From NCBI GenBank assembly GCA_005884665.1, contig VBAT01000008.1, forward strand, positions 39,105-103,104: a DNA stretch of 64,000 nt, in the 5' to 3' direction. The stretch's first letter is position 1; each line of letters starts with the position of its first letter. Positions 28,589 to 38,366 of this stretch are shown here, in pieces. Both the position numbers and the translations under genes were made by a program. Below the pieces are notes generated by a model, which searched no databases, had not been told where the DNA came from, and saw only the letters and a list, made by a program, of their open reading frames with translations. This stretch comes from Bacteroidota bacterium. GTDB lineage: Bacteria; Bacteroidota; Bacteroidia; Chitinophagales; Chitinophagaceae.

Positions 28589-29407
28589 TTATTTTACAGA
28601 AAGATAGTTGTAGTCTTTTAGCAATACATCCAGGAAATCAAAAGGCGACATGGAGGAATTGATCTTCAGGTGAGCTTTTATTTTCTCGCTGGCTGTTGCT
28701 GCCATGTTGAAATCTCCTTTTCTCTTCGCCGTTTCCAATATGCTTTTGATGGCGTTGATATCCTTATCGCTCAGCTGCATGATCTGGGGAAAAACGGGAG
28801 TATAGGTATCAGCTACTTCCTGGAATACCGTTTCTTCGATATTTGCCCGCGTATTGGTGCGAATAAGAATGGTATGAGCCAGTACGTCTCCGATGCGTTG
28901 TCCTTTTTTTGAAGAAACCACCAAAACAATATCAGTGATCAGGAAAGAGAGCGCTGCCAATACGATGAATGTGGCCTCAGCATCGTTCCAAAAACCTACG
29001 CCAAAAGCAAGGATCAGGACAAGCACCGCGATCCATACATCAGATACTCTTAGCAGCCAGCGGATCAGGAACTGACCAATACTCGCTCTTCCCCCGTTTT
29101 CATGCACCACCTTTATTCCCATTATCTTTTTCCCAATACTTTGACCATTCATTGTTAGCTCCAGTATGATATGATATAACAGGAGAGGCAAAAGTAGCAT
29201 TAGCCATACAGCTTGCATATTATATGGGGTATCGTCAGAAAGGGGATCGGTGCTCTGTGCTATTTTGTTCGCTATCCAGATCGCCAGTAATAAATACAGG
29301 AACTCAAGCACCATATCGATCAGCAGCGATAGCAGCCGCCGGTAGAATTCGGGCACTTCAAATTCAACATCAATATTGAAACTGGTAGGTATTTTTATTA
29401 CAGACAT
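28589..29407 (-). CDS. RDD family membrane protein
   Basis: FYRRLLSLLIDMVLEF..., GQSIGKKIMGIKV and 3 TM helices. Divergent from the SpoIIM-like/MoxR cluster. Confidence 0.65.
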   Translation of the reverse strand: MSVIKIPTSFNIDVEFEVPEFYRRLLSLLIDMVLEFLYLLLAIWIANKIAQSTDPLSDDTPYNMQAVWLMLLLPLLLYHIILELTMNGQSIGKKIMGIKVVHENGGRASIGQFLIRWLLRVSDVWIAVLVLILAFGVGFWNDAEATFIVLAALSFLITDIVLVVSSKKGQRIGDVLAHTILIRTNTRANIEETVFQEVADTYTPVFPQIMQLSDKDINAIKSILETAKRKGDFNMAATASEKIKAHLKINSSMSPFDFLDVLLKDYNYLSVK

Positions 29408-29710
29408 AAGGCAGTTGCATATCCGGCCTCAATTTCGGGTATCCGGTTTGCAAATCAAAATCCCCTGTCTGGAATCGTGCTGTTTGAATCAGTTCTCGTT
29501 CGTCCAAGAAGACAAAATTGATCTGTATCAAACCACGGATTGAATTGTCATTAATACAAACAAACACAGATACATAAGGATCTGGCATTAACTGGCAAAA
29601 CCCTTTACCAGCTGGGATTTTCCATGCAGAAAATAATTTCTCTGGTAAAGAAAACCTTCATCATTAAATCTGAAATTTTCCAGTATTTTACAACCAGAAA
29701 CTATTAACCA

Positions 29711-30679
29711 TTGAGGGAAGCCTTATTTATTAAAAAGAACCGTGACCGCTGGCTGCGGAATCAGCATATGCCTGCTGAAGATGCCGATGAAATGGCCCGG
29801 GATTTTACCCAGTTGGTCGACGATCTTGCTTATGCAAAAACGTTTTATCCTTCGGGCAAGGTGACCCAGTTTATCAATGCCCAGGCTTCCAGGATCTACC
29901 TGAGTATTTACAAGAACCGGAAAGAAGAATCGAACCGGCTCGTGACATTCTGGAAATATGATCTTCCGCTCACCATCCGCAAACACCATGGCGCCATACT
30001 GTTTTGCTTTATCATTTTTATCATTTTCTGGACTCTTGGGTTTTTTATTACCAGGCAGGATGAAACTGTGGCCCAAAGTCTGCTTGGCGCTGGTTACATT
30101 GAGCATACCCAGCAAAACATCGACAAAGGCAATCCCTTTGGTATTTACGAACATGGCAATCCTATCCTCAGCTGGATATGGATCATGATCAATAATATAA
30201 AGGTGTCCCTGCGTTATTTTGTAGAAGGAATATTTTGCGGGCTTCCGTCTGTTTACGAGTTGTCAAAAGAATCTGCACGGCTGGGCGCATTCCACGAATT
30301 CTTTGCTGCGAGAGGACTGGGGGTCCAGGTATTCCTGGTGGTTTTCGTACATGGTACGCTTGAGCTGACTGCCATTATTATTGCCTGCGCAGCTGGGTTG
30401 GTGTTGGGAAAAAGTTTCCTGTTCCCGGGCACGATTAAAAGAATTGACGCATTTAAGAAAGGAGCTAAAGATGGTGTAAAGATCCTTATCGGGCTGATGC
30501 CGGTTTTCGCTCTTGCTGCTTTTTTTGAAGGGCTGTTTACCCGGCTTTACAACGATATCTCGATATTGACCACTGCGATCGTTTCCCTATCTGTTCTTTT
30601 CGTGATTTGGTATTTTATTATTTACCCGATCCGAATTTCAAGAAAATTAGCTGTTCAACTAAATGAGGAGGACGTATAA
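29711..30679 (+). CDS. Stage II sporulation protein M-like (DUF95) membrane protein
   Basis: TTG start gives MREALFIKKNRDRWL, the usual N-terminus of this family. FVHGTLELTAIIIACAAG motif and 5-6 TM helices. Confidence 0.6.
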   Translation: MREALFIKKNRDRWLRNQHMPAEDADEMARDFTQLVDDLAYAKTFYPSGKVTQFINAQASRIYLSIYKNRKEESNRLVTFWKYDLPLTIRKHHGAILFCFIIFIIFWTLGFFITRQDETVAQSLLGAGYIEHTQQNIDKGNPFGIYEHGNPILSWIWIMINNIKVSLRYFVEGIFCGLPSVYELSKESARLGAFHEFFAARGLGVQVFLVVFVHGTLELTAIIIACAAGLVLGKSFLFPGTIKRIDAFKKGAKDGVKILIGLMPVFALAAFFEGLFTRLYNDISILTTAIVSLSVLFVIWYFIIYPIRISRKLAVQLNEEDV

Positions 30680-31504
30680 GTGTTACCCGGTCTAAAAAAT
30701 ATCGCTGCAAAAAAGATCACACTGTTTCTTTCTCTATCGCTGCTATCATTGGCTACAATGGCCCAGGATGATACTTCCGACAAGTCGACCGTTGAACCAG
30801 TGGATACAACCGACCACGAAGCCTATTATCAACCTTCCGAGGATGGGTCTGCTACCACAACAAAAAATAATTATTTTCTTGAAAAGCAGGTACACGACGA
30901 AGGGCCCGATTCTTTTTGGGCGCGGAACCTGCCCGATACCGTTGTCAGGAGATTACAGAACAGGGATGAATTCTGGTACGTGAATTATCCTTTTGAAAAG
31001 GAAGAGGAGAAGGCGAACGATGCAGATGAACCTTTTATTGAATCAGATATTTTCCAGGCCCTGCTATGGATATTGATAATCGCCGGCTTTGCCTTGTTTG
31101 TGGCGGTTTACCTCTCAAACAGCAATATTGGGTTATTCAGGCGATCGGGTAAATCGATTGCTTCGGAAGATGGAGAGCTGCAGGAAACGGACAATATTTT
31201 CGAGATCAACTACCAGCGCGATATCGATAAAGCTATCAGTGCAGGCAATTACCGGTTAGCCGTCCGGCTGATGTTTCTCCGCGTGTTAAAAAATCTTTCC
31301 GACAAAAACATTATCCAGTACAGGCAGGATCGTACCAATTTCGATTACCTGATGCAGATGGATGCCACAAAATATTACCAGGATTTTTTCCGCATTACCC
31401 GCGAGTATGAATACTGCTGGTACGGCCGATTTGATATCGAGCCGGAAAAATTTGCTGTTATCAAAAACGATTTTGAAAATTTTGGCAATAACCTGAATCG
31501 TTGA
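30680..31504 (+). CDS. DUF4129 domain-containing protein
   Basis: GTG start directly abuts the previous stop. One TM helix, then C-terminal YYQDFFRITREYEYCWYGRFDIEPEKF, typical of DUF4129. Confidence 0.55.
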   Translation: MLPGLKNIAAKKITLFLSLSLLSLATMAQDDTSDKSTVEPVDTTDHEAYYQPSEDGSATTTKNNYFLEKQVHDEGPDSFWARNLPDTVVRRLQNRDEFWYVNYPFEKEEEKANDADEPFIESDIFQALLWILIIAGFALFVAVYLSNSNIGLFRRSGKSIASEDGELQETDNIFEINYQRDIDKAISAGNYRLAVRLMFLRVLKNLSDKNIIQYRQDRTNFDYLMQMDATKYYQDFFRITREYEYCWYGRFDIEPEKFAVIKNDFENFGNNLNR

Positions 31505-32751
31505 AGAAGATTTTACCATACATCCTTGCCGGAGTCATTCTGGCCGCCGTTATCATCCTTGTCTACACCAGCAGGGGTGACAGGAAGAAGACTTTGAATG
31601 AGCGGTTGTCCTTTCGTAAAAAAGATAAGATACCGTATGGCACTTACGTGGCCTTTGAAAATCTTCACTACATTTTCCCTGCTGCCCGCATCGTTACGAA
31701 TAAACAGGAACCCGGGTACTGGGATTCGTTGGACACCGATAAGCCGGGCCAGGCACTCATCATCGTGTCACCTATCTTTAATGCCGACGAATTCGAGATA
31801 AAAAAGCTGATCGGTTTTGTGGAACAGGGAAACGATGTTTTTGTGAGTTCGGCAATCATTTCGGACGATACAAAAGAAATTCTTGGTTGCGGTATAAGCT
31901 ATGTCGATGTATATGACCTGTATCCAGGGGCTGATCTGTTAAAAGACACCTTGCAGGTTTCGCTAACAAATCCTCCCTTTCAACGCAGCTTTAACTATAC
32001 TTATCCCGGAAAGCGGTTGGACTCTCATTTTTTCAAGGTTGATTCTTCCATTACTACTGTCTTAGGAACAAGTCGGGGTGGAGACCCGAATTTTATCAGG
32101 CTGAGAGCAGGCAAAGGGAATTTGTATGTCCATCTTGCTCCCATGGTATTCAGTAATTATTTTTTGCTCAGGAACAGGAATATCAAATATTATGAAGACG
32201 TCTTATCGGTGATGTCACCAAAAACGAAAAAGGTGGCCTGGGATGAGTATTATTTAAATAAGCGATGGTCGTCGGGGAGTGGTTCTGATGATAGATCGGG
32301 AGCGCAGGATAAAGGATGGTGGGGAACATTATTCAAATTCAAAGGGCTTCGATGGGGTCTGTGGGTTTTCCTCCTGCTTTTACTGTTATACACACTTCTT
32401 GAAATGAGAAGAAAGCAGCGGCCAATACCGGTGATCGCCAAACCGCGGAATGATTCGCTGGATTTTGTAAAAACTATCGGGCGGCTTTATTATGACAAGG
32501 GAGATCATGGCAATCTTTGCCGCAAGATGGCATCTTATTTCCTGGAGCATGTCAGGAACAGGTATAAATTGCCAACAGCCGTCATGAATGAAGAGTTTAT
32601 TAAACAACTCCAGTTCAAGACCGGAGTTAGTGAAGAAGAAATAAGAGGCATCGTTTATTTTATCAGGGATATGGATATGGCTCCGGCCATCACCGACCAC
32701 CAGTTGCAATTTTTTCATAAACAATTAGAATCTTTTTACAGTAAAGCTTAA
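31501..32751 (+). CDS. DUF4350-like membrane-anchored protein
   Basis: TTGA start/stop overlap with the upstream gene. N-terminal TM, an internal TM (LWVFLLLLLLYTLLEM) and position immediately upstream of MoxR, as in conserved clusters. Confidence 0.5.
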   Translation: MKKILPYILAGVILAAVIILVYTSRGDRKKTLNERLSFRKKDKIPYGTYVAFENLHYIFPAARIVTNKQEPGYWDSLDTDKPGQALIIVSPIFNADEFEIKKLIGFVEQGNDVFVSSAIISDDTKEILGCGISYVDVYDLYPGADLLKDTLQVSLTNPPFQRSFNYTYPGKRLDSHFFKVDSSITTVLGTSRGGDPNFIRLRAGKGNLYVHLAPMVFSNYFLLRNRNIKYYEDVLSVMSPKTKKVAWDEYYLNKRWSSGSGSDDRSGAQDKGWWGTLFKFKGLRWGLWVFLLLLLLYTLLEMRRKQRPIPVIAKPRNDSLDFVKTIGRLYYDKGDHGNLCRKMASYFLEHVRNRYKLPTAVMNEEFIKQLQFKTGVSEEEIRGIVYFIRDMDMAPAITDHQLQFFHKQLESFYSKA

Positions 32752-32790
32752 TGCCTCATCCCGGAGCGATGAATGGCTTAAATCATCAGT

Positions 32791-33768
32791 ATGGAAGAAC
32801 AATTATTCAAACAGCGAACCGATCTGACTGCCTTAAATGAAGCAGTGTTAGCTATCCGGAATGAAATCAGGAAAATCATCGTTGGCCAGGATGAAATGGT
32901 AAAATTGATCATGGCCGCGTTATTGGCCGATGGGCATGTTCTGATCGAGGGCGTACCGGGAGTAGCCAAGACATTAACCGCGAAACTGGTTGCCCGTTGC
33001 CTGGATACCGGTTTTTCCCGGATCCAGTTCACACCTGACTTAATGCCTTCCGATGTACTGGGTACGCCGGTTTTTAATCCCAAAGAAGCGTCCTTTGAAT
33101 TTAAAAAGGGACCTGTATTCAGCAACATCGTACTGGTCGACGAGATCAACAGGGCGCCTGCAAAAACACAGTCAGCCTTGCTGGAAATAATGGAAGAACG
33201 GCAGGCTTCGGTCGATGGTAAAACGTACCCGATGGCGACACCGTTCATGGTTCTGGCAACGCAAAACCCGGTTGAGCAGGAAGGAACTTATCGCCTGCCG
33301 GAAGCACAGCTTGACCGTTTCCTGTTTAAGGTCATTGTTCCTTACCCCATCGAGCAGGAAGAGCTGGCCATCCTTACAAAGTTTCACCAGATGGGAAATG
33401 CGCAAGTCAATGATGTCGTGAAACCAGTTATCAGTGGCCGGCAGATAAATGACCTGAAGCAGCAGATCAGGGGAATCCTGATGGAAGAAAAATTATTGCA
33501 ATTCATCGCAAGACTAATTCACCAGACAAGAAATCATAAATCCATCTACCTGGGTGCATCGCCGCGAGCGTCGCTTTCGATCATGAATGCGGCCAAGGCT
33601 ATTGCTGCCATGCAGGGCCGGGATTTTGTTACACCGGATGATATCCGCGAAGTGGTGATCCCTGTTCTCCGTCATCGTATTATTCTTGCACCTGATAAGG
33701 AAATGGAAGGTGTTACGGAAGATGAAGTGATAAGGCAGATTATTCAGAGTATGGATGTACCGAGGTAG
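32791..33768 (+). CDS. MoxR-family AAA+ ATPase
   Basis: Walker A GVPGVAKT, Walker B VLVDEINRAP, then ATQNPVEQEGTYRLPEAQLDRF and GASPRASL. Confidence 0.92.
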   Translation: MEEQLFKQRTDLTALNEAVLAIRNEIRKIIVGQDEMVKLIMAALLADGHVLIEGVPGVAKTLTAKLVARCLDTGFSRIQFTPDLMPSDVLGTPVFNPKEASFEFKKGPVFSNIVLVDEINRAPAKTQSALLEIMEERQASVDGKTYPMATPFMVLATQNPVEQEGTYRLPEAQLDRFLFKVIVPYPIEQEELAILTKFHQMGNAQVNDVVKPVISGRQINDLKQQIRGILMEEKLLQFIARLIHQTRNHKSIYLGASPRASLSIMNAAKAIAAMQGRDFVTPDDIREVVIPVLRHRIILAPDKEMEGVTEDEVIRQIIQSMDVPR

Positions 33769-33804
33769 GCGGAGCCAGTCGATACTCGATAGTTAGAACC
33801 TGGA

Positions 33805-33849
33805 ACTATCGACTATCGACTATCGACTATCGACTATCGACTATCGACT
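33805..33849. repeat. Perfect heptanucleotide microsatellite (ACTATCG) x 6.4
   Basis: Six exact copies from 33805 to 33846 plus a partial copy, preceded by a degenerate version (gtcgatactcgatagt). It lies in the MoxR-DUF58 spacer, 27 nt upstream of the DUF58 start. Confidence 0.9.
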
Positions 33850-33875
33850 CTTAAATAGGGGATCTCAAAATTTAT

Positions 33876-35201
33876 ATGATTAAATCTTTTTACTTAAATA
33901 GGATCGTCTACATCATCACTGGTGCTGCAGCCGCCGTCTTTATGGTGAGCTATTTTTTTCCTTCGCTCTTTCGGATAGCGAGCCTGATGTTGCTGCTTCT
34001 TGGTATCGCTGTGGTGATTGACGCATTGCTTATTTACAGCAAGGGAAGCGGATTTAGTGCAACACGCAGCACTGCTGGCCGGTTCAGTATCGGAGATGAG
34101 AACAGGATCGAGCTGCACCTTCACAACAAATATCTTTTCCCGGTAAGGATTAGTATAATTGACGAATTGCCCATCCAGTTCCAGGACAGGAACTGGCTCC
34201 GTAAAGCAAAGCTTGCCAGCAACGAGAAAAAAGAACTCGAATATTTTTTACGCCCTGCTTCCCGCGGTGAATATATTTTTGATAACATCAACATATATGT
34301 GCACGCACCGCTGCAGTTGGTAAAACGGCGGTATACATTCGCTGCCAGAGAGGTCGTCAAGGTCTATCCATCCTACATTCAAATGCGGCGTTACCAGTTG
34401 CTGGCCGTGAGTAACCGGCTACAGGAAGTGGGAGTGAAGCGGGTGAGGAGACTGGGTCACAGTATGGAGTTTGAGCAGATCAAGGAATATGTGAGAGGAG
34501 ATGACTATCGTACCATCAACTGGAAAGCTACGGCCCGCAAGGATGCACTGATGGTCAACAACTACACGGATGAACGCAGCCAGCAGATCTATTGCCTCGT
34601 CAATAAAGGACGGGTGATGAAAATGCCTTTTGCCGGGCTTACACTACTGGATCATGCGATCAATGCCTCGCTTGTGTTGTCAAATGTTGCATTGGTAAAA
34701 CAGGATAAGGCCGGTCTCATCACATTCGCCGAGAACCTTGACACGTTTGTACTGGCTGATAAGAAGCCAACACAGATGAGCATTATCCTGGAGACCCTGT
34801 ACAAGCAGCAAACGCGTTTCCTCGAATCGGATTTTGAAAAATTATTTTCCGTTATACGAAACCGTATTACCAACCGCAGCCTGCTCATTTTATTTACCAA
34901 TTTTGAATCGTTGGAAAGCCTGCAAAGAGAAATGCCGGCGCTTAAAAAGATTGCTCACTATCACCTGCTGCTCGTGGTATTCTTTGAAAATACAGAGTTG
35001 AAATCGGTGATAGGAAGCAAAGTCAGCAGGATGGAAGACATTTATATCAAGACCATCGCCGAAAAGTTTGCTTTTGAAAAAAGATTAATGGTAAAAGAAC
35101 TGCATAAAAATGGTATCCCTTCTATCCTAACTACGCCCGAGAACCTGACCGTGAATACTGTGAATAAGTACCTGGAATTAAAGACCCGAATGTCTATTTA
35201 A
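33876..35201 (+). CDS. DUF58 domain-containing protein (vWA-like, MoxR partner)
   Basis: Two N-terminal TM helices. GHSMEFEQIKEYVRGDDYRTINWKATAR is the DUF58 signature. Confidence 0.85.
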   Translation: MIKSFYLNRIVYIITGAAAAVFMVSYFFPSLFRIASLMLLLLGIAVVIDALLIYSKGSGFSATRSTAGRFSIGDENRIELHLHNKYLFPVRISIIDELPIQFQDRNWLRKAKLASNEKKELEYFLRPASRGEYIFDNINIYVHAPLQLVKRRYTFAAREVVKVYPSYIQMRRYQLLAVSNRLQEVGVKRVRRLGHSMEFEQIKEYVRGDDYRTINWKATARKDALMVNNYTDERSQQIYCLVNKGRVMKMPFAGLTLLDHAINASLVLSNVALVKQDKAGLITFAENLDTFVLADKKPTQMSIILETLYKQQTRFLESDFEKLFSVIRNRITNRSLLILFTNFESLESLQREMPALKKIAHYHLLLVVFFENTELKSVIGSKVSRMEDIYIKTIAEKFAFEKRLMVKELHKNGIPSILTTPENLTVNTVNKYLELKTRMSI

Positions 35202-35294
35202 ATCCGAATTAAGAATATCGAAATCCGAAATTAGCGAAGCACGAATTTTCGAGTTTCGTGTTTTAAGATTCGAATTTTAGCATCATCTTGCAGC

Positions 35295-35960
35295 ATGAAT
35301 AATTTTGAAGAAGGCCGAGTGTTACTGATCAACAAACCCCTGCGCTGGACCTCGTTCGATGCTGTGCGGAAGATCCGGAATCTTATTCGCATCAAAAAAG
35401 TGGGTCATGCCGGCACCCTCGATCCGTTGGCAACAGGTCTTCTTATCATCTGCACGGGTAAATTCACAAAGAAGATCAATGAATATATGGCGAGAGAGAA
35501 AGAGTACACAGGAAGCTTTACCCTGGGCGCTACTACGCCAACTTACGATCTGGAAAGCGAGCCGGTAAATTTTAAACCGTTTGAACATATCACTTCTTCA
35601 CTTATTAAAGATGCGGCTGCCCGGTTGACCGGTGAGATCATGCAGGTGCCGCCTGCCCATTCGGCAATAAAAATTGAAGGGAAGAGAGTGTATGAACTGG
35701 CGCGACAGGGAAAAGAAGTAAAAATAGATCCGCGCAAAGTAACGATCAAAGAATTTGAAATAACCGCGATTGAATTACCATTAGTGCATTTTCGAGTGGT
35801 ATGTTCAACAGGTACGTATATCAGGAGTTTGGCCAATGATTTTGGAGAAGGATTGGGTTGCGGGGCCCATCTCAGCAGCCTGTGCCGGACGCGTATCGGG
35901 GAGTTTAAACTGGAAGAAGCGACTACGATAGAGGAAATGGTTGAAAGTTTTAAGTTGTAA
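35295..35960 (+). CDS. truB: tRNA pseudouridine(55) synthase
   Basis: LLINKPLRWTSFDAVRKIR, with catalytic GHAGTLDPLATGLL and then PPAHSAIKIEGKRVYELAR. Confidence 0.92.
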   Translation: MNNFEEGRVLLINKPLRWTSFDAVRKIRNLIRIKKVGHAGTLDPLATGLLIICTGKFTKKINEYMAREKEYTGSFTLGATTPTYDLESEPVNFKPFEHITSSLIKDAAARLTGEIMQVPPAHSAIKIEGKRVYELARQGKEVKIDPRKVTIKEFEITAIELPLVHFRVVCSTGTYIRSLANDFGEGLGCGAHLSSLCRTRIGEFKLEEATTIEEMVESFKL

Positions 35961-36000
35961 TCTCGGCGGCCGCACGCCCTGGCAACTGGCAACCCACACC

Positions 36001-38346
36001 TCAAAATATAAACGGATATCCAATACCCAACTGGAACTGTGCTCCTTTGAAAAACCGGTAAGCAAACCATTTATTTTGCAGCGCCGCATCACCTTCATTA
36101 GGGCTTGGGTCTTTTACTTTATACGAATAATCCAGCCGGATCACGAAGAACCCAAAGTCAACGCGTAAACCGGCGCCCGCGCCGATAGCAATGTCATTTA
36201 AGAAACGATTGAACTGAAAGACCGCTTCAGGTGGCCCTGCTTCCTTTTTCAACAGCCACACATTACCCATATCGATGAACCCGGCTCCGGATAGTTTAAA
36301 TCCAAGCGGTTTGCCCAACGGGAAACGATATTCCCCATTCATTTCAAACTGTATATCGCCATAGCGATCCGACGCTCCATCAGGACCGGTGAAATTCTTG
36401 ATGATCGATCCGGGTCCCAACCTTCTCAGGGCCCATGCCCGCATGCTGTTAGGGCCGCCACTAAAGTATTGTTTAAAGAAAGGCAGTGCATTTTTCTTCT
36501 CAGGATTTACAGTTGTATGAAAAGGGTCTGCGATCCCGACACCCACGAAGAATCGAAGGGCAATGGCGGATTTTGGCCGGCGTATCAGTCTCGCGCCTTC
36601 CACATCTGCTTTTATAAAACGATATACCTCGGTGTCGAGAAAAGGACTGTGAAATAACGCCAGTACGGTGGGGGCGCCCTCAAAGTTGACATGTAGAACG
36701 TTCAGGTTATTTTTCTTTCCACCTGTTACTGTGTAGTTGACGACGGCCGAAAGTACGAGTCCATCTGTGAATATATTTCTGAGTGCAGGATTAAGCGCGA
36801 TTAAGTGGTCAAGGCTATCGGTCTTGTTGAGAAGCGAATACTCAATATTGGGAAATTTAAAGGTCCAGATCTTATTTCTTCGCTGGTACTCATAAGCCCA
36901 GGAAGCATTAATGGTGGTTTGGTCGTACAACAGACGTCTCAATGTATAAGTAACATTGCCGCTGATAATCGTTCTCCAGTTATCTTTCCGGTTTTCAGGT
37001 ATCACCTTATTCAGCAGGATCGCCCTCGGAAAAACGATATTACGGCCCAGGCTTATCGTCTGTGTTTGTATGAACTGTTTACTTCCACTTCCGCCAAACT
37101 CGATACCGTACCGGGCATTCCAGCTGTCAAAGTTGGCGGCCCTGGCAAAGTTGCGGTTCTGTACTCCCACATTTACGCCCACTCCAAAAAGCCTTCCTGA
37201 AGTAGCAGTCTGGTTGATGCTTCCTTCAAGGTTGGTTGTAAAAGAAAACTTTTTAGCCGGCGTGAGGCGAATGGTATAATCTACCGTGTCTGTATTGCCA
37301 CGCGGTTTTTGATCAATATTTACGAGACGCCAGGTGCCGATCAGGTTCAGCCGATTGACTGTCCTGATATATCGGCGAAGCCGGTAGAGGCTGTCATGCG
37401 GCAGGTAAATATTGGGAGAGAATATCCCGGGCTTGAATTGACGATTGTATTGAATAACCGTTATGTGATGTGTTGTATCGACCGTTGTATCTGCTACCAA
37501 CCCTGCAGGATCGGTAGTATAATTGGGATAGATCGTTACTTCTCCATTATAATACCTGTTGAGCTTGACGCTATCTATTGTACGCAGGCGGATCTCCAGC
37601 TTGGCAGTAGGACTTTGCTTTCGTTCCTTCAGGCGCTGCAACACGCGAAGTTGTTCGAAAGGATCCAGCGTGGGCTGCAACAACGACACATCGAGCGTAT
37701 CCCAGACGCCGATAAGTTCATCACGGTTGAAACGCAGGTAGCCGTTATTGCGGAACAATTCGGTCAGCCTGTCAATTTCCGATGAAATAGGTCCTTTGGC
37801 AAATGGGTCACCTTTTTTTATTCGTGCATCCCTGCTGCTGGATTCGACCAACTTTTGCAGGCCGGAGTCGCGAAGATTATAAACAACGGTATCAAGCCGC
37901 CATAAACGTCGTGGTGCTACATCAAATGTTATGATGGCCCGGTACTGGTTGGTGCCTTTCAGGATGATAGTATCACGATGGCCTATCGAATCATCAAAAT
38001 ATCCCAGTGAAACCAGCAACGCTTTCATGAAGATGATCGATTTGTCCGCATTGGCACTGTCGTATACTGGCGGGTGTTTCATGACTGACCATAGCAGTTT
38101 ATCAAGCTTTCGCGGGCGCATGCTATCATCGAGTTGAGTCTTTAGCCCACTCAGGAGTATTTGCCCCTCTTCGTTTGAAAAGTTACCAATTAGGTTGATA
38201 TTTGTTTCGTAGACAAAAGGCTTCTGTACCGGGTACTTCTTTACAATGATGGGTATTTTGCACGATGAAGCTGCTGCTGCCAAAAAACATCCGGCAATGA
38301 ATGTCTTCAAGAGGTTGGAGAAGGAAAACAGGCGGGCAGCTGACAT
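36001..38346 (-). CDS. BamA/TamA-family outer membrane protein (surface antigen D15 domain)
   Basis: 781 aa. N-terminal POTRA-like region and a C-terminal barrel ending QFQLGIGYPFIF (aromatic terminus). Confidence 0.7.
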   Translation of the reverse strand: MSAARLFSFSNLLKTFIAGCFLAAAASSCKIPIIVKKYPVQKPFVYETNINLIGNFSNEEGQILLSGLKTQLDDSMRPRKLDKLLWSVMKHPPVYDSANADKSIIFMKALLVSLGYFDDSIGHRDTIILKGTNQYRAIITFDVAPRRLWRLDTVVYNLRDSGLQKLVESSSRDARIKKGDPFAKGPISSEIDRLTELFRNNGYLRFNRDELIGVWDTLDVSLLQPTLDPFEQLRVLQRLKERKQSPTAKLEIRLRTIDSVKLNRYYNGEVTIYPNYTTDPAGLVADTTVDTTHHITVIQYNRQFKPGIFSPNIYLPHDSLYRLRRYIRTVNRLNLIGTWRLVNIDQKPRGNTDTVDYTIRLTPAKKFSFTTNLEGSINQTATSGRLFGVGVNVGVQNRNFARAANFDSWNARYGIEFGGSGSKQFIQTQTISLGRNIVFPRAILLNKVIPENRKDNWRTIISGNVTYTLRRLLYDQTTINASWAYEYQRRNKIWTFKFPNIEYSLLNKTDSLDHLIALNPALRNIFTDGLVLSAVVNYTVTGGKKNNLNVLHVNFEGAPTVLALFHSPFLDTEVYRFIKADVEGARLIRRPKSAIALRFFVGVGIADPFHTTVNPEKKNALPFFKQYFSGGPNSMRAWALRRLGPGSIIKNFTGPDGASDRYGDIQFEMNGEYRFPLGKPLGFKLSGAGFIDMGNVWLLKKEAGPPEAVFQFNRFLNDIAIGAGAGLRVDFGFFVIRLDYSYKVKDPSPNEGDAALQNKWFAYRFFKGAQFQLGIGYPFIF

Positions 38347-38366
38347 AAATTTTTTAAACGAACAGG

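Noticed and set aside
32778-33248. 156-aa antisense ORF over the 5' half of the MoxR gene
   Set aside because: The MoxR frame has unambiguous Walker A/B and sensor motifs. The antisense ORF has none.
35543-36098. 175-aa and 97-aa minus-strand ORFs overlapping truB and the end of the BamA/TamA-like gene
   Set aside because: They are antisense to truB, which has a clear catalytic motif, or out of frame with the barrel gene. No features support them.
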